Source: an uncultured Bacilli bacterium
GTDB taxonomy: Bacteria; Bacillota_I; Bacilli_A; RF39; UBA660
Direction: 5' to 3'
Assembly: GCA_947589435.1 (NCBI GenBank)
Contig: CANQBI010000001.1
Coordinates: 12,740-76,739, forward strand
Length of the DNA: 64,000 bases
Below, one piece after another: positions 8,526-20,000 of the stretch; positions within the stretch are counted from its first letter, which is position 1; every line of letters begins with the position of its first letter. The notes below the pieces were generated by a model. That model had not been told where the DNA came from. It made no database searches and saw only the letters and a program-made list of their open reading frames with translations. The translations under genes and the position numbers were made by a program.

Positions 8526-9311
8526 TCAAAGATTATTGGAAATAGCAACAAAGACTTCTTCGGATAATTCTTCTGCTCTCACATTTTCTTCTAAATTATA
8601 TTTATCTAATATCTCTTTTACTTTAGTAAAATCATAATTACTTAAATTATTCTTTAAAGTTTTTCTTTTAAATTTAAAACTATCATTTATTAATTTAAAG
8701 TATTTGTCTTTATCCACCTTTGTTTTATCTTCTCTTTTCGTAAACTTAATGATGGCACTTTCCACTTTAGGCACCGGATTAAAAGAATTCTTGCTTACTT
8801 TAAATAATTTCTCTACCTTATAATAATACTTCAAAAATAAAGTAATACTTCCATATTCCTTAGATTTGGGACTAGCCGTAAACCTATCTGCCACTTCATC
8901 TTGCACCATAAATAACATATTTTTAATATCTAACTCTGAATCAATAATCTTCTTAATAATCGGTGTTGTTATATAGTATGGTAAATTTCCTACAATATAT
9001 AAGTCTTTATACTTGATATCTTTAATATCTTCTTTTAGATTACTATTTAAAAAATCCCCCCAAATAATTCTGGTTTTATTATCTTCTAAACTACTTAAAT
9101 AACTTTTTAAATCGGTATCTATTTCATAACAAAAAAGTAAAGCATTCTTTAACTTTAACTTTCTAGTTAAGGCTCCCATTCCCGGACCTATTTCGATTAT
9201 TAAATCATCAGGACTGGCCATAATATTATCACTAATATTAGTAATAACATTATCATCAACAAGAAAATTTTGGCCTAAACTCTTTTTAGCCTTCATTTTC
9301 CCCATAACCAA
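8526..9311 (-). CDS. rsmA: 16S rRNA (adenine1518/1519-N6)-dimethyltransferase RsmA/KsgA
   Basis: KKSLGQNFL..D, EIGPGMGALT and VGNLPYYITTPII motifs. Confidence 0.9.
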   Translation of the reverse strand: MVMGKMKAKKSLGQNFLVDDNVITNISDNIMASPDDLIIEIGPGMGALTRKLKLKNALLFCYEIDTDLKSYLSSLEDNKTRIIWGDFLNSNLKEDIKDIKYKDLYIVGNLPYYITTPIIKKIIDSELDIKNMLFMVQDEVADRFTASPKSKEYGSITLFLKYYYKVEKLFKVSKNSFNPVPKVESAIIKFTKREDKTKVDKDKYFKLINDSFKFKRKTLKNNLSNYDFTKVKEILDKYNLEENVRAEELSEEVFVAISNNL

Positions 9312-9828
9312 ATCTTAAAACATCATAAGTTATAACACTACGTTCAACGATATCATAAGCATAACGAATATCACTACTAAGTAAATCTAGTGCATTACCT
9401 CTAACACCTCTATCAAGGACGATTGCAATAACTGGGTAAGGTGATATTCTATCGGTTTGAAATCTTACAATTGAGCCACATGGTAAGTTTTTAGAAGAGG
9501 CTACAATCCTTACTGTCCCATACATTGAATCTGGATAAGTAGTCTTTCCATCTGTAATATCATAAGATGGTTTACATCCTAAAGTCCCTCCACATAAAGG
9601 ACAATTATAAACATAACCAGTTAAATCTCCGGTAAAAGTATCTTTCGCGCTATAAATATCATTTTCTTGAAATTCTTTTGCTTTCATAGCCATTGTTGAT
9701 AAGTTTATTGTTTTATTTATATTATCACTATAAGATTTTGTTTCCACAATATGAACATAACTAGAAGATGCCACTACAAAAAGAATAATAAAAGCAGTAC
9801 GTACAAGAACATTAAATACTCTTTTCAT
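9286..9828 (-). CDS. 3D-domain (MltA-like) secreted protein, YabE-like
   Basis: Signal peptide. C-terminal block VRIVASSKNLPCGSIVRF...AIVLDRGVRGNALDL typical of the 3D domain. Syntenic with yabE next to ksgA. Confidence 0.6.
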   Translation of the reverse strand: MKRVFNVLVRTAFIILFVVASSSYVHIVETKSYSDNINKTINLSTMAMKAKEFQENDIYSAKDTFTGDLTGYVYNCPLCGGTLGCKPSYDITDGKTTYPDSMYGTVRIVASSKNLPCGSIVRFQTDRISPYPVIAIVLDRGVRGNALDLLSSDIRYAYDIVERSVITYDVLRFGYGENEG

Positions 9829-9902
9829 TTTTCACCTTCTAACATTATAATTATACCTAAAAAACACCTATTTGTCAAAAAAAGATAACAAGTGTTACCA
9901 AG

Positions 9903-10496
9903 TTATCTTTTCTTAACATCCATTGCCAGTTCATCGCTACTAATTAAAGTATTTTCATCTTCTTGAACAGTTTCAATTAACTCATCAGTAAAGTTAAACT
10001 TTCCAAGTTGTTCATAATATGCTTTTAACATATCATTAATTGATATTTTCTTAAAAACAAATATATTTCTATCTGTATTACTTTCTTTATTAATTCCACA
10101 ACATTCCGCAAAATGTTTTACATGATCCATAAATACATCACAAATAACTGAATCTTTAAAAGAACAATAAACTCTTTGATAAAACATGGTAATATCTACT
10201 TCTTTTTTGGTATAAGTATCAATATATACTTCTAAAAAGAATGGTCTAGTTTTAGCTTTATCAACATTTAAATCTTTTAACTCATTAATTTGATTTTTTA
10301 AATATTCTGAAAAGACAACATTCATAAAATACTTATAGTAATAATAAGCTTTTACTTCTTTAGTAACTAGTTCGTTTCTTTCTTTAGCGTCTCTATAATC
10401 TTTAGCTTGTTTTTGACCTTTTAAAAAATCTTGATTGATTTTCACATTTTTATTTACTTTGTTATCTAAAAAATCATATAAATTTTCTTTTTTCAT
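9903..10496 (-). CDS. Hypothetical protein
   Basis: ORF only. Confidence 0.4.
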   Translation of the reverse strand: MKKENLYDFLDNKVNKNVKINQDFLKGQKQAKDYRDAKERNELVTKEVKAYYYYKYFMNVVFSEYLKNQINELKDLNVDKAKTRPFFLEVYIDTYTKKEVDITMFYQRVYCSFKDSVICDVFMDHVKHFAECCGINKESNTDRNIFVFKKISINDMLKAYYEQLGKFNFTDELIETVQEDENTLISSDELAMDVKKR

Positions 10497-10567
10497 AAGT
10501 TTTCTCCTCGTCTTTAATACAAGGCTATATTATACAAAAGTTAAAAAAAATAATCAATATAAATTGA

Positions 10568-11323
10568 CTATTTTATTCGTTTAAACATATTTTCTAGATT
10601 CTTATTAGTTATATTAGATAGTTCTTCTAAACTAACATCTTTTAAATTAGCCACAAAATTGGCAATATCTATGATATGACTTGGATTATTTTGATGCCCC
10701 CTAAAAGGTTCAGGGGTAAGATAAGGACTATCTGTTTCTAATATTAAACTTTCTAAAGGAATCTCTTTAATCACTTCTTTAATGTTAGCATTTTTAAAAG
10801 TTATAACCCCATTAATTCCCAAGAGATAACCTAACTTTAAGTATTCTCGAGCGGTTTCTTTAGACCCACTAAAAGAATGAATAACCCCTTTAACTTTATA
10901 TTTTTTTAAAGTATTAAGAGTATCTAAAGTAGCTTCTCTACTGTGAATTACGACAGGCATATCATGTTCTTCAGCCATCTTAAGTTGTAATTCTAAGAGT
11001 TTAATTTGGTCATCTTTATTTTCTTTACCATAATGATAATCTAGACCAATCTCCCCAATGGCTACTATTTTCGGATTATTTAAATTATCCTCAATAAATT
11101 TTAAATCCTCGTCTTTATAATCTTCCACATTCTCCGGATGAATTCCTAAAGTACCATACATATTATCATAAATACTTACAAGTTTTAATACTTCTTCGTT
11201 ACTTTCCTTATCACAGCCATCATTTATAAAACGATTTACTTTATTATTAATACTATCCTTTATTATAAAATCTAAATCTTCATAATATTCATGATATAAA
11301 TGACAATGACTATCTGTAAACAT
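10568..11323 (-). CDS. tatD: TatD-family Mg-dependent DNase
   Basis: N-terminal FTDSHCHL, plus GEIGLDYHY and HSREA blocks. Located next to metG as in Bacillus (yabD). Confidence 0.85.
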   Translation of the reverse strand: MFTDSHCHLYHEYYEDLDFIIKDSINNKVNRFINDGCDKESNEEVLKLVSIYDNMYGTLGIHPENVEDYKDEDLKFIEDNLNNPKIVAIGEIGLDYHYGKENKDDQIKLLELQLKMAEEHDMPVVIHSREATLDTLNTLKKYKVKGVIHSFSGSKETAREYLKLGYLLGINGVITFKNANIKEVIKEIPLESLILETDSPYLTPEPFRGHQNNPSHIIDIANFVANLKDVSLEELSNITNKNLENMFKRIK

Positions 11324-12846
11324 TAATCTTCTTTAATCCTTTCAAATAGATTTGCAGGTTTCTCACTACCAAGATTATAAACTTCCACCATTTTATTTAT
11401 GCTATCAAATGAAGTATCTAAAACATTTAAACCTTTAAAGATTTTCTCGCTAGTTTCCGGAATAAAGGCTTGTAACATAATGGCACATACTCTTATTCCT
11501 TCAAGTAAATTATAGATAACTGTTTCTAATCTTTCCTTGTTTTCTTCATCTTTAGCAAGTACCCAAGGAGTCGTATCATCAATATATTTATTACATTTTC
11601 TTAATACATCAAAAATACATTCTAAAGCTTCATTAATTTTTAAAGATTCAACTTTACCATCAACTGTTGTCTTTAGATTATAAATACTTTCCGTTAAGTA
11701 AGCATCAATATCTTCGGTCTTCTCACTTTTATGAACAACACCCTCAAAATATTTAATACCCATTTGAATTGTTCTACTTACTAAATTTCCTAGGATATTA
11801 CATAAATCAGCATTAGTTCTCGTAATTAAAGCACTTTCCGAGAAATTACCATCACTACCAAAAGGTACTTCTCTTAAAGCATAATAACGAACAGCATCAA
11901 CACCATAAGAGTGAATGTATTCTCTTGGATCTTTATAATTACCTAAACTCTTACTAATTTTTCCCCCATCAATTATAAGCCATCCGTGCCCAAAGACTTG
12001 TTTTGGTAACTCTAATCCTAAAGCCATTAGTATGGCAGGCCAAATAATCGTATGAAAACGCACTATTTCTTTTCCAACTAAATGTAAATCACATGGCCAA
12101 TATTTCTTAAATTTCTCTGTTTCTTCGGGATAACCTAAACTAGTTATATAGTTAGTTAAAGCATCTATCCAAACATAAATAACGTGTTTTTCATCAAAAG
12201 TAACCGGTATTCCCCATTTAAATGAAGTTCTTGAAACACATAAATCTTCCAAGCCTGGTTTAATAAAATTATTAAGCATTTCATTTTTTCTTGATTCAGG
12301 CTCAATAAAGTGAGGATGAGATTCAAAGTAATCCTCTAACTTTTGTTGATATTTACTTAATTTAAAGAAGTAAGCCTCTTCCGTAACTAAATTAACATCT
12401 CTTCCACAATCAGGACATTTACCATCAACAAGTTGTGTTTCCGTCCAAAATGATTCACATGGAACACAATAAAGGCCTTTATACTCTCCTTTATAAATAT
12501 CTCCCTGATCATATAATTTTTTAAATATTTCTTGCACTCTTTTTGTGTGGTCTTCATCTGTGGTTCTAATAAAATAATCATAAGAAATATTTAAACTTTT
12601 CCATAAATCTTTTGCATTTAAAATAATTTTATCAACATATTCCTTAGGAGTAACTCCGGATTCTTTCGCTTTATTTTCAATCTTTAAGCCATGTTCATCA
12701 GTTCCGGTTTGAAAGTAGACATCATATCCTGATAATCTTTTGTATCTTGCTATGGCATCGGCAATAATCGTGGTGTAACAATGCCCAATATGAAACTCCG
12801 CACTTGGATAATAAATTGGTGTTGTTATATAATATTTTTTATTCAT
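11323..12846 (-). CDS. metG: Methionine--tRNA ligase, short form lacking the C-terminal tRNA-binding extension
   Basis: HIGH motif (AEFHIGHCYT), KMSKS-type motif (KISKSLGN), zinc knuckle CPDCG. Confidence 0.9.
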   Translation of the reverse strand: MNKKYYITTPIYYPSAEFHIGHCYTTIIADAIARYKRLSGYDVYFQTGTDEHGLKIENKAKESGVTPKEYVDKIILNAKDLWKSLNISYDYFIRTTDEDHTKRVQEIFKKLYDQGDIYKGEYKGLYCVPCESFWTETQLVDGKCPDCGRDVNLVTEEAYFFKLSKYQQKLEDYFESHPHFIEPESRKNEMLNNFIKPGLEDLCVSRTSFKWGIPVTFDEKHVIYVWIDALTNYITSLGYPEETEKFKKYWPCDLHLVGKEIVRFHTIIWPAILMALGLELPKQVFGHGWLIIDGGKISKSLGNYKDPREYIHSYGVDAVRYYALREVPFGSDGNFSESALITRTNADLCNILGNLVSRTIQMGIKYFEGVVHKSEKTEDIDAYLTESIYNLKTTVDGKVESLKINEALECIFDVLRKCNKYIDDTTPWVLAKDEENKERLETVIYNLLEGIRVCAIMLQAFIPETSEKIFKGLNVLDTSFDSINKMVEVYNLGSEKPANLFERIKED

Positions 12847-12860
12847 CTTTTTACCTCTTT

Positions 12861-13463
12861 CTATAATATATTCTTTAAATCCCTAATATTTTTAATAGTT
12901 TCGTATTTATCACTTTCCTCATTTGTTTTCCATATAGCTCTTATTCCTAAAGACATAGGAAATATTACATCTTTTTCTAAACTATCCCCAATATAGACAA
13001 ATTCTTCTTTTTTATAATTCTTTAAAATAATATCAAATGCTTTCGGATTAGGTTTAAAATAATTTTGATCAGCCCCAATGACATCTTTAAAATATTTAAG
13101 TATGCCAGACCTTCTTAATCTTTCTTTTTGACATTCTGTAAACCAATTCGTAAGAACATATAAATTATACTTTTTACTTAAGTATTCTAAAGTATCTATA
13201 ACACTAACATTCTTTTCCACACAGTTATCTAAATTTTTCATATACTTATCAACAAACTCTACAGTTAAATCAGTTCCACACTTTTCATTAATAAAATTAA
13301 CTAAATCTTCTTTTTCTAACTTTTCTTTAACTCTTTCATTTTCATCTACAGTTTCAAATATCTTATGAATTAATTCAATACTATAATTAAATCCTTCCTC
13401 ATTAATTGTTTTAACTATAGCCTTAAAAAACTCTTCTTTCCATTCAATTAAGGTATTATCCAC
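12861..13463 (-). CDS. HAD-superfamily hydrolase
   Basis: Haloacid dehalogenase-like fold. Apparently first gene of the T-box-controlled operon with metG. Confidence 0.5.
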   Translation of the reverse strand: MDNTLIEWKEEFFKAIVKTINEEGFNYSIELIHKIFETVDENERVKEKLEKEDLVNFINEKCGTDLTVEFVDKYMKNLDNCVEKNVSVIDTLEYLSKKYNLYVLTNWFTECQKERLRRSGILKYFKDVIGADQNYFKPNPKAFDIILKNYKKEEFVYIGDSLEKDVIFPMSLGIRAIWKTNEESDKYETIKNIRDLKNIL

Positions 13464-13502
13464 ATCAAATATTACTGCTTTTATATTATCACCTTCTTTT
13501 AA

Positions 13503-13740
13503 TTAAAAAAATTCATAAACAAAGGACGAAACATTTTCCGCGGTACCACCTTTATTTATGAATTTATTCATACACTTACTCGTTATAAAGCACGACTGCT
13601 TCTTAACTCCCTTGTTCATACCTAATTACGATCTTTGTTAATTTCCACCCACCATTAACTCTCTATATAAGACTATGTAATTATCACACAATATCCTCGT
13701 TAAGTAAGTTAATTTTATCATATTATTTTAATTTTAACAA
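13503..13740 (-). ncRNA. T-box riboswitch leader (probably Met-specific) upstream of the HAD-metG operon
   Basis: On the minus strand: AAAGGTGGTACCGCGG (T-box consensus) inside a terminator hairpin (UUCAUAAAUAAAGG ... CCUUUGUUUAUGAA) followed by U7. An upstream AGAGAG element, and GGUAUGA offers an AUG specifier followed by a purine. Confidence 0.7.
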
Positions 13741-13997
13741 TTGCTAAATGCTAATATAACATTTTTCTTTTAGAAATTTCTTTATATTTTCTATATTTTT
13801 TAACTTCATAATATCAATTAATAATTATACCATCTTTTTATGTGAATATTTTTATATATATTTATTAATTTTATTTCACATAAAGTATATATTAATAATT
13901 GTTAAAATACACTCAAAAATTTTTTTATAACAATTTTTTTATAACTTGACATATACCGAGTATTCCAATAAAATAATATCTCATATAGGAGGACAAA

Positions 13998-15317
13998 ATG
14001 GAAAAAGAAGGAAAAAAGATAGATTCTGATAGATTTCATAAAATATATAGAATACCAAATATAGATACTCATGGGGAATATTTAACAATTAGAAAATTTT
14101 TAAAGAAAGATTTTGATTCTTTACCAAAATTAGATGATTTTATTAATACATACATGAATAATTATAATATATGGCACGAAACCGATGAGGAAAGAGAAGC
14201 TAGAGCCAATCGAGAATACAACCGAGAAATTGATGGCTATAATTTTTATAAAAAGAATTTACTTACAGCAATTAAAAAAATCTTAGAAAAAGATGAAAAT
14301 GAAATTTTAGATAATGTGTATGTTAAATATATTCATTGTATATATCCAGATGTTACTACAAGACCTGAATCTTTTGTAAGATTACCATATTATGATCGAA
14401 ATAGAAATATTAGAGATAGACATGGCAGTTTAATTTTAAAAACAAAGGATGGTAAATCGGCAATTTTAATTGTTATTCATAATTCTTATGCCTATAATCA
14501 AAATAGTAAAAAGAATTTAGATATAAAAATTATTCTCAAATTTGCCAAATATGAGTATAAACCATTACATCCTGATCCCGATAAAAGAATTCCTGTAATT
14601 GCTCATAATTTAGAAACTAATTTAGAAGGCTTAATTAATTATAAAACATGTCAAATTGAAAATGAAAAATTTGATAAAATATATTATAAACAAAATAAAT
14701 TATTTTCTGGTTATCTCTTATTAGTTGGAGAAAGAAATGGAAAACTTGGAACCACAGATGGCTATGTTCCCCCAAAATTTGATGATATAAATGGTGTTAT
14801 TAGAGTAAATCATTATGAAGTTCCAAAAGATACTCCTTGTTATATAACTACCTTAAATGGTAAAGAAGGCGCCTATTTTATTGGTAAAAGAGGCCACTAT
14901 AGATATGTTGATAACGGACTTCATGAACGGACATTTGCCCAAACCAGTTTGAAAAAAATTATAATTCCTAATTTCTTTGATAAGGTTACCTTATTAGATT
15001 TTAGCCCAATTTGTCATCCTAATCATTCAATGGAAGAATTTATTTCTAATCCAATTTTTAAAGTTGTTCTTAATGGTAAAGAAGGAATATATCTAGGTGG
15101 CAAAAAGAAATTTTTAACCCCTCCTATCTTTGACATTGATGGTATATCTAACTATGATTTAGATAATCAAACAGTTGAAGGTTATATTGATGGTATTTAC
15201 CATATTTATCAAAATGGTGTCTTAAAAAGAATAGAAAATGTTGATTTTACTATTTCAGATGATACTAAAGAAACGTTGACTTTATTTTTAAATAAAGTTC
15301 GAAAAAGAAATAGATAA
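13998..15317 (+). CDS. Hypothetical protein with internal repeats (LNGKEGxY.GK)
   Basis: Two copies of the NGKEG(A/I)Y(F/L)(I/G)GK block. No known domain recognised. Encoded against the replication direction. Confidence 0.4.
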   Translation: MEKEGKKIDSDRFHKIYRIPNIDTHGEYLTIRKFLKKDFDSLPKLDDFINTYMNNYNIWHETDEEREARANREYNREIDGYNFYKKNLLTAIKKILEKDENEILDNVYVKYIHCIYPDVTTRPESFVRLPYYDRNRNIRDRHGSLILKTKDGKSAILIVIHNSYAYNQNSKKNLDIKIILKFAKYEYKPLHPDPDKRIPVIAHNLETNLEGLINYKTCQIENEKFDKIYYKQNKLFSGYLLLVGERNGKLGTTDGYVPPKFDDINGVIRVNHYEVPKDTPCYITTLNGKEGAYFIGKRGHYRYVDNGLHERTFAQTSLKKIIIPNFFDKVTLLDFSPICHPNHSMEEFISNPIFKVVLNGKEGIYLGGKKKFLTPPIFDIDGISNYDLDNQTVEGYIDGIYHIYQNGVLKRIENVDFTISDDTKETLTLFLNKVRKRNR

Positions 15318-15375
15318 AGTACTAAAAAATAGCAATTTTATGATTTGCTATTTTTATATTAAATAAATTATTATT

Positions 15376-16477
15376 TTATACAATAACACTACTAATTGGT
15401 ATTATATCGTGAGTATCAGTTAATTTTTTAACATTTTTTTCATTACAAATAATGCCATCTTTACCAACATTTTTTAAATTCTTTATTTTATTAAAAGAAG
15501 ATATCATACTTACATTAACATTATCTTTATATTTAATTTCAAAAGGGTGATATATATTATCATAGTCTTTTATTATTAAATCTATCTCATTACCATCTTT
15601 AGCTCTATAATAACTAAAAGTATTTCCTAAACTATAATTACTATTAGTTTTTAACATTTCCGAAATAATATAATTTTCAAATAAAAAACCAAAATTTGTA
15701 TAATCAATTAAAGCTTTTTTAGTATTTATACCTAGCAAATATGTGCATAAACCATTATCTATAAAAATAATTTTTGGTTGCGATGTTATTCTTTTTAATT
15801 CTTCTTTTCTTAATGGATAAATTAATTTTTATCTCTTTCTAAATATAAATTAACATAACTAGAAAAAAAGTATTCTCTTTTAATATTTTGAGTTAAATAT
15901 TCAGGCATTCCCCTTTTAAAATTAAATCTAATATTTTATCTTTTGATATCATATCTCTATTAGTAAATTTCTCTAAATCATAAGGTGGTAATTTACTTTT
16001 ACATAGTTCTCTATTAGTAAATGATGTCATATCGAGAACACCCATTCTACCAGCCAGTGACTCACTAACATTTTTCATTAATTCAATTTTTTGGAAACAT
16101 GTTAGCCAGAATAATCCTTTCTCTTTTGTGTTTTCACATGCTATTTTTATAAGAAAGTAATTTTGGAGCATATTGAATTTCATCAATTATTATTGGAATT
16201 TTATAAATACTCAGAAATTCTTTCGGATTTTCATTAGCATTTTTCTAATTTCTAAATCGTCTAAGGTTACATATTTTCTTATTTTTTCTTTTATGTTTTT
16301 TAAAAAGTTTGTTTTTCCTACTTGTCTTGGCCCTGTAATTAAGACGACTTTAAACATTTTATTATATTCCAAAAACACTTCTTCAATATTTCTTTTTAAA
16401 TTCATGATAATCACCATTATTAATATAACACTTTTTATGGTTTGTATTAAATTTAAAACCAATTCCATTTTAGACAA
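15376..16477 (-). pseudogene. Disrupted COG1373-type AAA ATPase (DUF4143 family), split over three reading frames
   Basis: Fragment 16211..16477 carries the Walker A motif (LITGPRQVGKT). Fragments 15893..16186 and 15376..15738 continue the same family in other frames. An intact paralog lies at 58328..59542. Confidence 0.6.
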
Positions 16478-16520
16478 AAAATAGCTAATTTGGAATTTAA
16501 AAAATCAAAGAAAAGATGCT

Positions 16521-17030
16521 TTAATTAACATCTATTTTATTAACAATTAATTTTGTAATTATTTTAGCTAGTTTAATATTATTATCATCTTTTTTATTAC
16601 TAATTATTATGACAAGCCCACTACAATCAATGGAAGTAATAATAGGTATAACACTAAAATATGCATTAGTATTAAAGTCATTTTCTAAAGACTCACTTGT
16701 ATAAGTTTCTCTATTATCAATTAAACTTTTATATTTTTCTTTTAATGTAATATTATTTAAATCTTTTAAATTACTACTCGTAGCAATAATCTTTTCTCTA
16801 TCACTAATAATAACTCCAACATTACAAATATCATAAATAATATTACAAAGATTTTCACTTATATCTTTAATATTTTCAACTTGCGAATATTTTTTTATTA
16901 TAATAGCATTATCTGAAGTATATATTTCTAAAGGTTCACCATCTCTAATACCTAAGTTATATCTTATTTCTTTCGGAACTACAATTCTTCCTAATTCATC
17001 TATTCTTCTAGTAATTCCACTTTTAATCAT
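16521..17030 (-). CDS. spoVT: Stage V sporulation protein T (AbrB-type swapped-hairpin N-domain plus GAF-like C-domain)
   Basis: GITRRIDELGRIVVPKEIRYNLGIRDGEPLEIY N-terminus. About 170 aa. Position next to mfd as in Bacillus. Confidence 0.8.
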   Translation of the reverse strand: MIKSGITRRIDELGRIVVPKEIRYNLGIRDGEPLEIYTSDNAIIIKKYSQVENIKDISENLCNIIYDICNVGVIISDREKIIATSSNLKDLNNITLKEKYKSLIDNRETYTSESLENDFNTNAYFSVIPIITSIDCSGLVIIISNKKDDNNIKLAKIITKLIVNKIDVN

Positions 17031-17078
17031 TTACTACCCACTCCTTTTTATATTGTAGGTAGTTTTTAGTAATTTATA

Positions 17079-20000
17079 CTAATTATCTTTAACAGCGAGA
17101 AGAAGTTTTACTAAATAGTAAATATAATGTTCTGGTAAGCCTTTATAAAACAAGGTGATAATTATATTTTTATGAAGATATTTAATATTAAACTTTGTAG
17201 AGATACTCATAGTTTCAAATAATAGTTTATCACCTTTAATATTGTTTGATACCTCTTCTGGTAAGGTAATTTCCACAAAACGATCAGTTTTATTAATTCT
17301 TGTAATATTTAACATCTTACATAGATTAGTAAACCATTCCTCATACATATAGACTTCCATATCACTATCAATTTTCCCAAATCTATCTTCAAGTTCGGCT
17401 TTTACTTCTCTTAGTTTTTCTAAGGAGTCAATTTCATTAATTTTTTGGTGAATTTCAATTTTAATATCTTCATCAGCGACATAATCATCTTTAATATGAG
17501 TAGATACTTCAATCAAGTTTTTATTATCGGTATCCTCTTCTTCCACATATTCGCCTTTTGCTTTTTTTAGTTCATCTTCAATTAGTTTCATATACAAAGA
17601 TATACCAACAGAATCCACAAATCCTGCTTGATCACTACCAAAGATATCACCAGCTCCTCTTATCGACAAATCACGCATTGCTATTTTATAACCACTTCCC
17701 AGTTCGGTAAATTCTTTAATAGCTTGGAGTCTTTTAACAGCGATATCATTTAACATCTTTTGTTTATTATATAAAAGGTATGCATAAGCAACTTTATCAC
17801 TACGTCCGACTCTTCCTCTTATTTGGTATAATTGGGCAAGGCCAAAATTATCAGCATCATAAACAATTAAAGTATTAGCGTTCGCTATATCAATACCATT
17901 TTCAATGATTGTGGTACAAATTAAAATATCATATTCATAAGCCACAAAATCTTCCATAATAGTTTCAAGTTCTTCTTTACTCATTTTACCGTGAGCTACT
18001 CTGATTCTAGCTTCAGGTACTAAAGTGTTTATTTTACTCGCTATCTTATCTAAATCTTCAATCCGGTTATACAAAATAAATACTTGTCCTTTTCGAGATA
18101 ATTCTTTATAAATAGCATCTTTCACTAATAAATCTTGTTCTTCAATGACATAAGTTTGAACGGGATATCTATTAATTGGAGGTGTATCTATAATGGATAA
18201 GTCTCTTAAACCCGATAAAGCCATCTTTAAAGTTCTTGGAATTGGGGTTGCTGATAAAGTTAACACATTAACATCATTTTTATATTCTTTAATTTTTTCT
18301 TTATGTTTAACGCCAAAGCGTTGTTCTTCATCCACTACTAAAAGACCTAATTTCGATGGTTTAATATCGTCACTTAAAATGCGGTGCGTTCCCACTAAAA
18401 TATCTATTTTACCCTCACTTAAGGCGCTTATTATATATTTTCCTTCTTTAGGAGTTGTAAAACGATTAAAAAGACGGATATTTACCGGAATATCTTTAAA
18501 TCTTTCACAAATAACATTATATTGTTGCTTAGCTAAAATCGTGGTTGGACACAAATACATTACTTGATAATTATTAATAACAGTTTTAAATATAGCGCGC
18601 ATAGCCACTTCTGTTTTTCCAAAACCAACATCGCCACAAAGAAGTCTATCCATTGGAACTTCACTATCTAAATCATTTTTAATCTCCGCAATGGCTTTAG
18701 TTTGGTCTTTAGTTTCTTCATAAGGAAAAGATGAAGCAAAGAGACTTTCTTCTTCATAATCTTGGTAGGCAATGCCTTTAATACTAGCTCTTTTTTGGTA
18801 TAAATCTAAAAGTTCTTTCGAAATATCTTTGGCTTTTGCTTTAATATAGGTTTTTGTCTTCGCCCAACTTGCCGAATTTAACTTATTAATCTTTGGCTTT
18901 ATCCCATCTTTACTTGAATATTTATATATGGAATTTATTTTTTCAACGGGAATATATATTTTATCATTACCTTCATATAAAAGTTGAATGTAATCTTTTT
19001 CTAAACCATCTTTGGTTAAAGTAACAAGACCATTATAAATACCTATGCCATGATTTAAATGGACAACATAATCACCTTTTTCTAAATCATTATAACTTTT
19101 AATTTTTTTTCCAATATGTAAGTTATTTTTATACTTAGGCATTTCTTTTAAAGAAGAGCCAATATCATATTCCGATACACAAACCAAATCATTAAAAATA
19201 AATCCTTTATTAATTCTTTGTTTAATGATATTAGCCTCTGGTATTAAATTTTTAATAGTTTTAATTTGTTTATCTAAGGAAAGATAAAAGTAAACCTTTT
19301 TCTTTTCTTTTTGCCACCGATAATAAGTATCTTTTAAAAGTTCAAAGTTTTCATTAAAACTAGGTATTTCTTTGGCTACAATATCCGTAGGATTATTAAT
19401 ATTATCAATATATAATTCAAATTTAGGATTAATATCTTCAAGTTTATACATGTATTTTTCTGTTTCATTTTGTTTCTCTTGATATTCTAAAATTTCTTCA
19501 GATAATTTTTTATAAGCCACCATTATTTGATCTTTATTTAGATAAACGACAATACCTTCATTTGAATAATCAAATAAAGAACTCTTATCAGTAGTTTCGA
19601 CCTCGGTAAAAGGCTTTAAAGTAATTTCTTTGATTTCATTTATCGTTCTTTGATTATTTTCATCAAAATAACGAATAGATTCAATGGTATTATCAAACAT
19701 TTCAATTCTTATTGGGTGTACTTCATTAACAATATAAATATCAATTATAAAACCCCTTAGAGAATATTCTCCCGATGTAGTTACTAATGATTCTTGTTTA
19801 TAGCCAAAATCCTCCAGAGTATTTATAAGATTGTTTCTATTTATTTCTTCATTAACTTTTAAACTATAACTATTTTGACTACTTATACTAGGTAAATATT
19901 TTAAATATCCCATTAAGTTAGTAACAATAATCATTTTTTTATTTTTAATTTTTTCTAAAACATTTAATCTACCTAAACTAAATTCTGGCGACATTGCCAC

